A stretch of DNA of 64,000 nt. Origin: an uncultured Chloroflexia bacterium (GTDB lineage: Bacteria > Chloroflexota > Limnocylindria > QHBO01). Made by a program: the position numbers and the translations under genes. Below, one piece after another: positions 62,056 through 64,000 of this stretch. Below the pieces are notes generated by a model. It saw only the letters and a list, made by a program, of their open reading frames with translations, was not told the origin of the DNA and did no database searches. The stretch's first letter is position 1; each line of letters opens with the position of its first letter. The stretch is taken from NCBI GenBank assembly GCA_963825525.1, contig CAWGTN010000002.1, forward strand, positions 1,120,001-1,184,000, read 5' to 3'.

Positions 62056-62940
62056 TCAGATCCCTCCGGGTGGGTCGGCCGCAAGGATTCGCGACCAGGT
62101 GACGGCGGACCAGGCGTGAAGCGCGCCGCCGGCAAGGACGATGCACAGCCACACCCCCACGAAGCCTATCAGCAGGAGCCCCGTGGCGAGATCGAAGTCA
62201 CCGAATGCACCGAGGGAGGCGCCGATGGGTGCCCACAGCACGCCGAGGAGCATGGTGGCCAGCACGAGGAGGACGACTCCTGCGAGCACTGATGCTGCCA
62301 GGTGGATGGCAACTGCGGGCCGCAGCAGGATCGGACCCACCCGGCGAATCGCCCGGGACATCCCCACCCCGCGGGTCACCATGATCCGGCCTCCAACGGC
62401 CGAGATCGCCAGCGCGGCGAGGGCGAGTGCCGCCGTGACGGCAAGCTGGGGCACCAGCCGCAGGAGCGTGCTGACCACCGGGCCACCGGGCGGGTCAGGC
62501 GCGTTGAACTGGCCGGGGGCCACGATCGACGCCGTGAGCAGCAGGAATCCGAGCGCGATGCCGGCCGGTACCGCCGCCACCGCCGATATCCGAAGAAGAC
62601 GGAGCGCATCGTCGAATCGGAACGCGCGCGCACCCACCGTCGCGATGAGGCTCGCGTTCGCGAGCGCCACCGCCGCAAACCCCAGGGCGATCAGCGAGAG
62701 AAGGCCGGCGGCGATGAGCACCGCACTCCACGGCCATGCGCCAGAGGTGACCAGGCGCGCGCCGAGGAAGGTGAGGTCGGACACCGACGGTGGGCGCGCG
62801 ACGACCACGATCAACGGCAGCCATCCGATCGCGACCAGCCAGGCGAGGGCCCCTGGGACCCAGAGCTCGGGACGGACCGATACGTCGCGGGCGGATGCGC
62901 CCGCTGCTCGGCGCCAGCGATTCATGCGCGCGGCCACCAC
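62056..62940 (-). CDS. Hypothetical multi-pass membrane protein
   Basis: About 6-7 hydrophobic segments; fills the gap between purB and the MgtC gene with a TAGTG overlap. Confidence 0.65.
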   Translation of the reverse strand: MVAARMNRWRRAAGASARDVSVRPELWVPGALAWLVAIGWLPLIVVVARPPSVSDLTFLGARLVTSGAWPWSAVLIAAGLLSLIALGFAAVALANASLIATVGARAFRFDDALRLLRISAVAAVPAGIALGFLLLTASIVAPGQFNAPDPPGGPVVSTLLRLVPQLAVTAALALAALAISAVGGRIMVTRGVGMSRAIRRVGPILLRPAVAIHLAASVLAGVVLLVLATMLLGVLWAPIGASLGAFGDFDLATGLLLIGFVGVWLCIVLAGGALHAWSAVTWSRILAADPPGGI

Positions 62941-64000
62941 TAGCCGCGCTCGTCGAGGCCGAGCGCCTGATACGTGATCGGAATACCGGCGAGGTGATGC
63001 TCCAGATCCATGGCCCGCGCGATCTCATCCGCCGACAGCCAGGACGCAATCTCAGGATCCTCGCTCAATGCCTGGTGGAAGCTCGCGTCCCCTGCCCATG
63101 CACGCTTCGCGGCCCCCTGGACGAGCCGATACGCCGCCTGCCGCTCGGCGCCCTTCGCGACCATCGCCAGGAGCAGTGCCTCGGAATAGACCATGCCCCC
63201 GAGCTCATCGAGGTTTCGCCGCATGCGTTCGGCGTCCACCTCGAGCCCGTCGAGGATGTCGCCCAGCGTCCGGACCGCGTACGCGGCAACACCCAGCGCC
63301 CGCTCGAACACGAAGCGCTCGGTCGAGCTGTGGCTGATGTCGCGCTCATGCCAGAGCGCCATGTTCTCGAGGGCCACGAGCGCGTCGGCTCGGAGCAGCC
63401 GCGCCATGCCCGAGACCCGCTCGGCGAGGATCGGGTTGCGCTTGTGGGGCATGGCGCTGCTCCCCTGCTGGCCGGATCCGAACGGCTCGAACGCCTCGCC
63501 GACCTCGGTGCGCTGGAGGTGACGCAGCTCGATGGCGATGCGCTCGATCGTTCCGCCCAAGATCGCCAGGGTCGTGATCAGCTCGGCATGGCGATCGCGG
63601 CTGACGACCTGTGTCGGCGCAGGGTCGACGGCGAGGCCAAGCCCATCGAGGATGTGACGCTCCACCTCGCCACTCACGTTGGCGTGAGTTCCGACGGCAC
63701 CCGAGATCGAGCCGTAGGCGACCTGCTCCCGCGCCCGGGCGACCCGATCCCCGTCCCTCTGAAGCTCCGCCAGCCAGCCGGCGACCTTGAACCCGAACGT
63801 GATCGGCTCCGCATGGATGCCGTGGCTGCGACCGACCATCGGCGTGTCGCGGTACTGGATCGCGAGGCGGCGCGTGATCTCGGTGAGGCGAGCGAGCTCG
63901 CCCTCCACGACGGCAGTCGCGTCACGCAGAACCGCTGCCGTTGCGGTGTCGAGCACGTCGGAGCTGGTGAGGCCGAAGTGGAGCCACCGGCCCTCCGGAC
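62940..64000 (-). CDS. purB: Adenylosuccinate lyase (5' partial)
   Basis: WLHFGLTSSDVLDT, GRSHGIHAEP, SGAVGT, signature GSSAMPHKRNP, LWHERDISHSS. Confidence 0.96.
   Translation of the reverse strand, partial: PEGRWLHFGLTSSDVLDTATAAVLRDATAVVEGELARLTEITRRLAIQYRDTPMVGRSHGIHAEPITFGFKVAGWLAELQRDGDRVARAREQVAYGSISGAVGTHANVSGEVERHILDGLGLAVDPAPTQVVSRDRHAELITTLAILGGTIERIAIELRHLQRTEVGEAFEPFGSGQQGSSAMPHKRNPILAERVSGMARLLRADALVALENMALWHERDISHSSTERFVFERALGVAAYAVRTLGDILDGLEVDAERMRRNLDELGGMVYSEALLLAMVAKGAERQAAYRLVQGAAKRAWAGDASFHQALSEDPEIASWLSADEIARAMDLEHHLAGIPITYQALGLDERG

Overview
GC-rich (about 70% by eye), densely packed bacterial chromosome segment. Gene style suggests a monoderm lineage such as Chloroflexota/Limnocylindria (inference only). 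I found no rRNA, tRNA, CRISPR array, integrase or transposase. Five blocks: (1) 1-14.9 kb, minus strand: a cell-envelope run of mreB-mreC, a complete WbpABEDI-like UDP-diacetamido-uronic-acid pathway, a polyprenol-phosphate glycosyltransferase, a PrsA/SurA foldase, mazG, a GT4, a CWB2-repeat surface protein and a secreted GH18. (2) 15.1-22.8 kb: xylA-xylB, a xylFHG-like ABC importer and a ROK repressor. (3) 22.9-30.4 kb: an operon divergent from the ROK gene (SDR, Gfo/Idh/MocA, exported vanadium-haloperoxidase-like protein, exported CRTAC1/ASPIC-UnbV protein, M24-like protein, aldose 1-epimerase). Its promoter region shares a 21-bp TTTG-N13-CAAA palindrome with the xylA promoter; this is the best candidate for an undescribed system. 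(4) 30.4-47.8 kb: alpha-glucan/trehalose cluster (glgB; glgE-treS-GNAT-mak-glgX-treY-treZ-malQ) plus a PQQ-type sugar dehydrogenase lipoprotein. (5) 47.8-64 kb: pur genes (purB, C, S, Q, L, F, M, N) interleaved with MgtC, three zinc-ribbon membrane proteins, a GGDEF/HD-GYP protein, a CPBP protease and radC. About a dozen single-base frameshifts, some in housekeeping genes, point to assembly errors. Two long 'fusion' ORFs in the track (1173 aa and 1094 aa) are probably artefacts of these.
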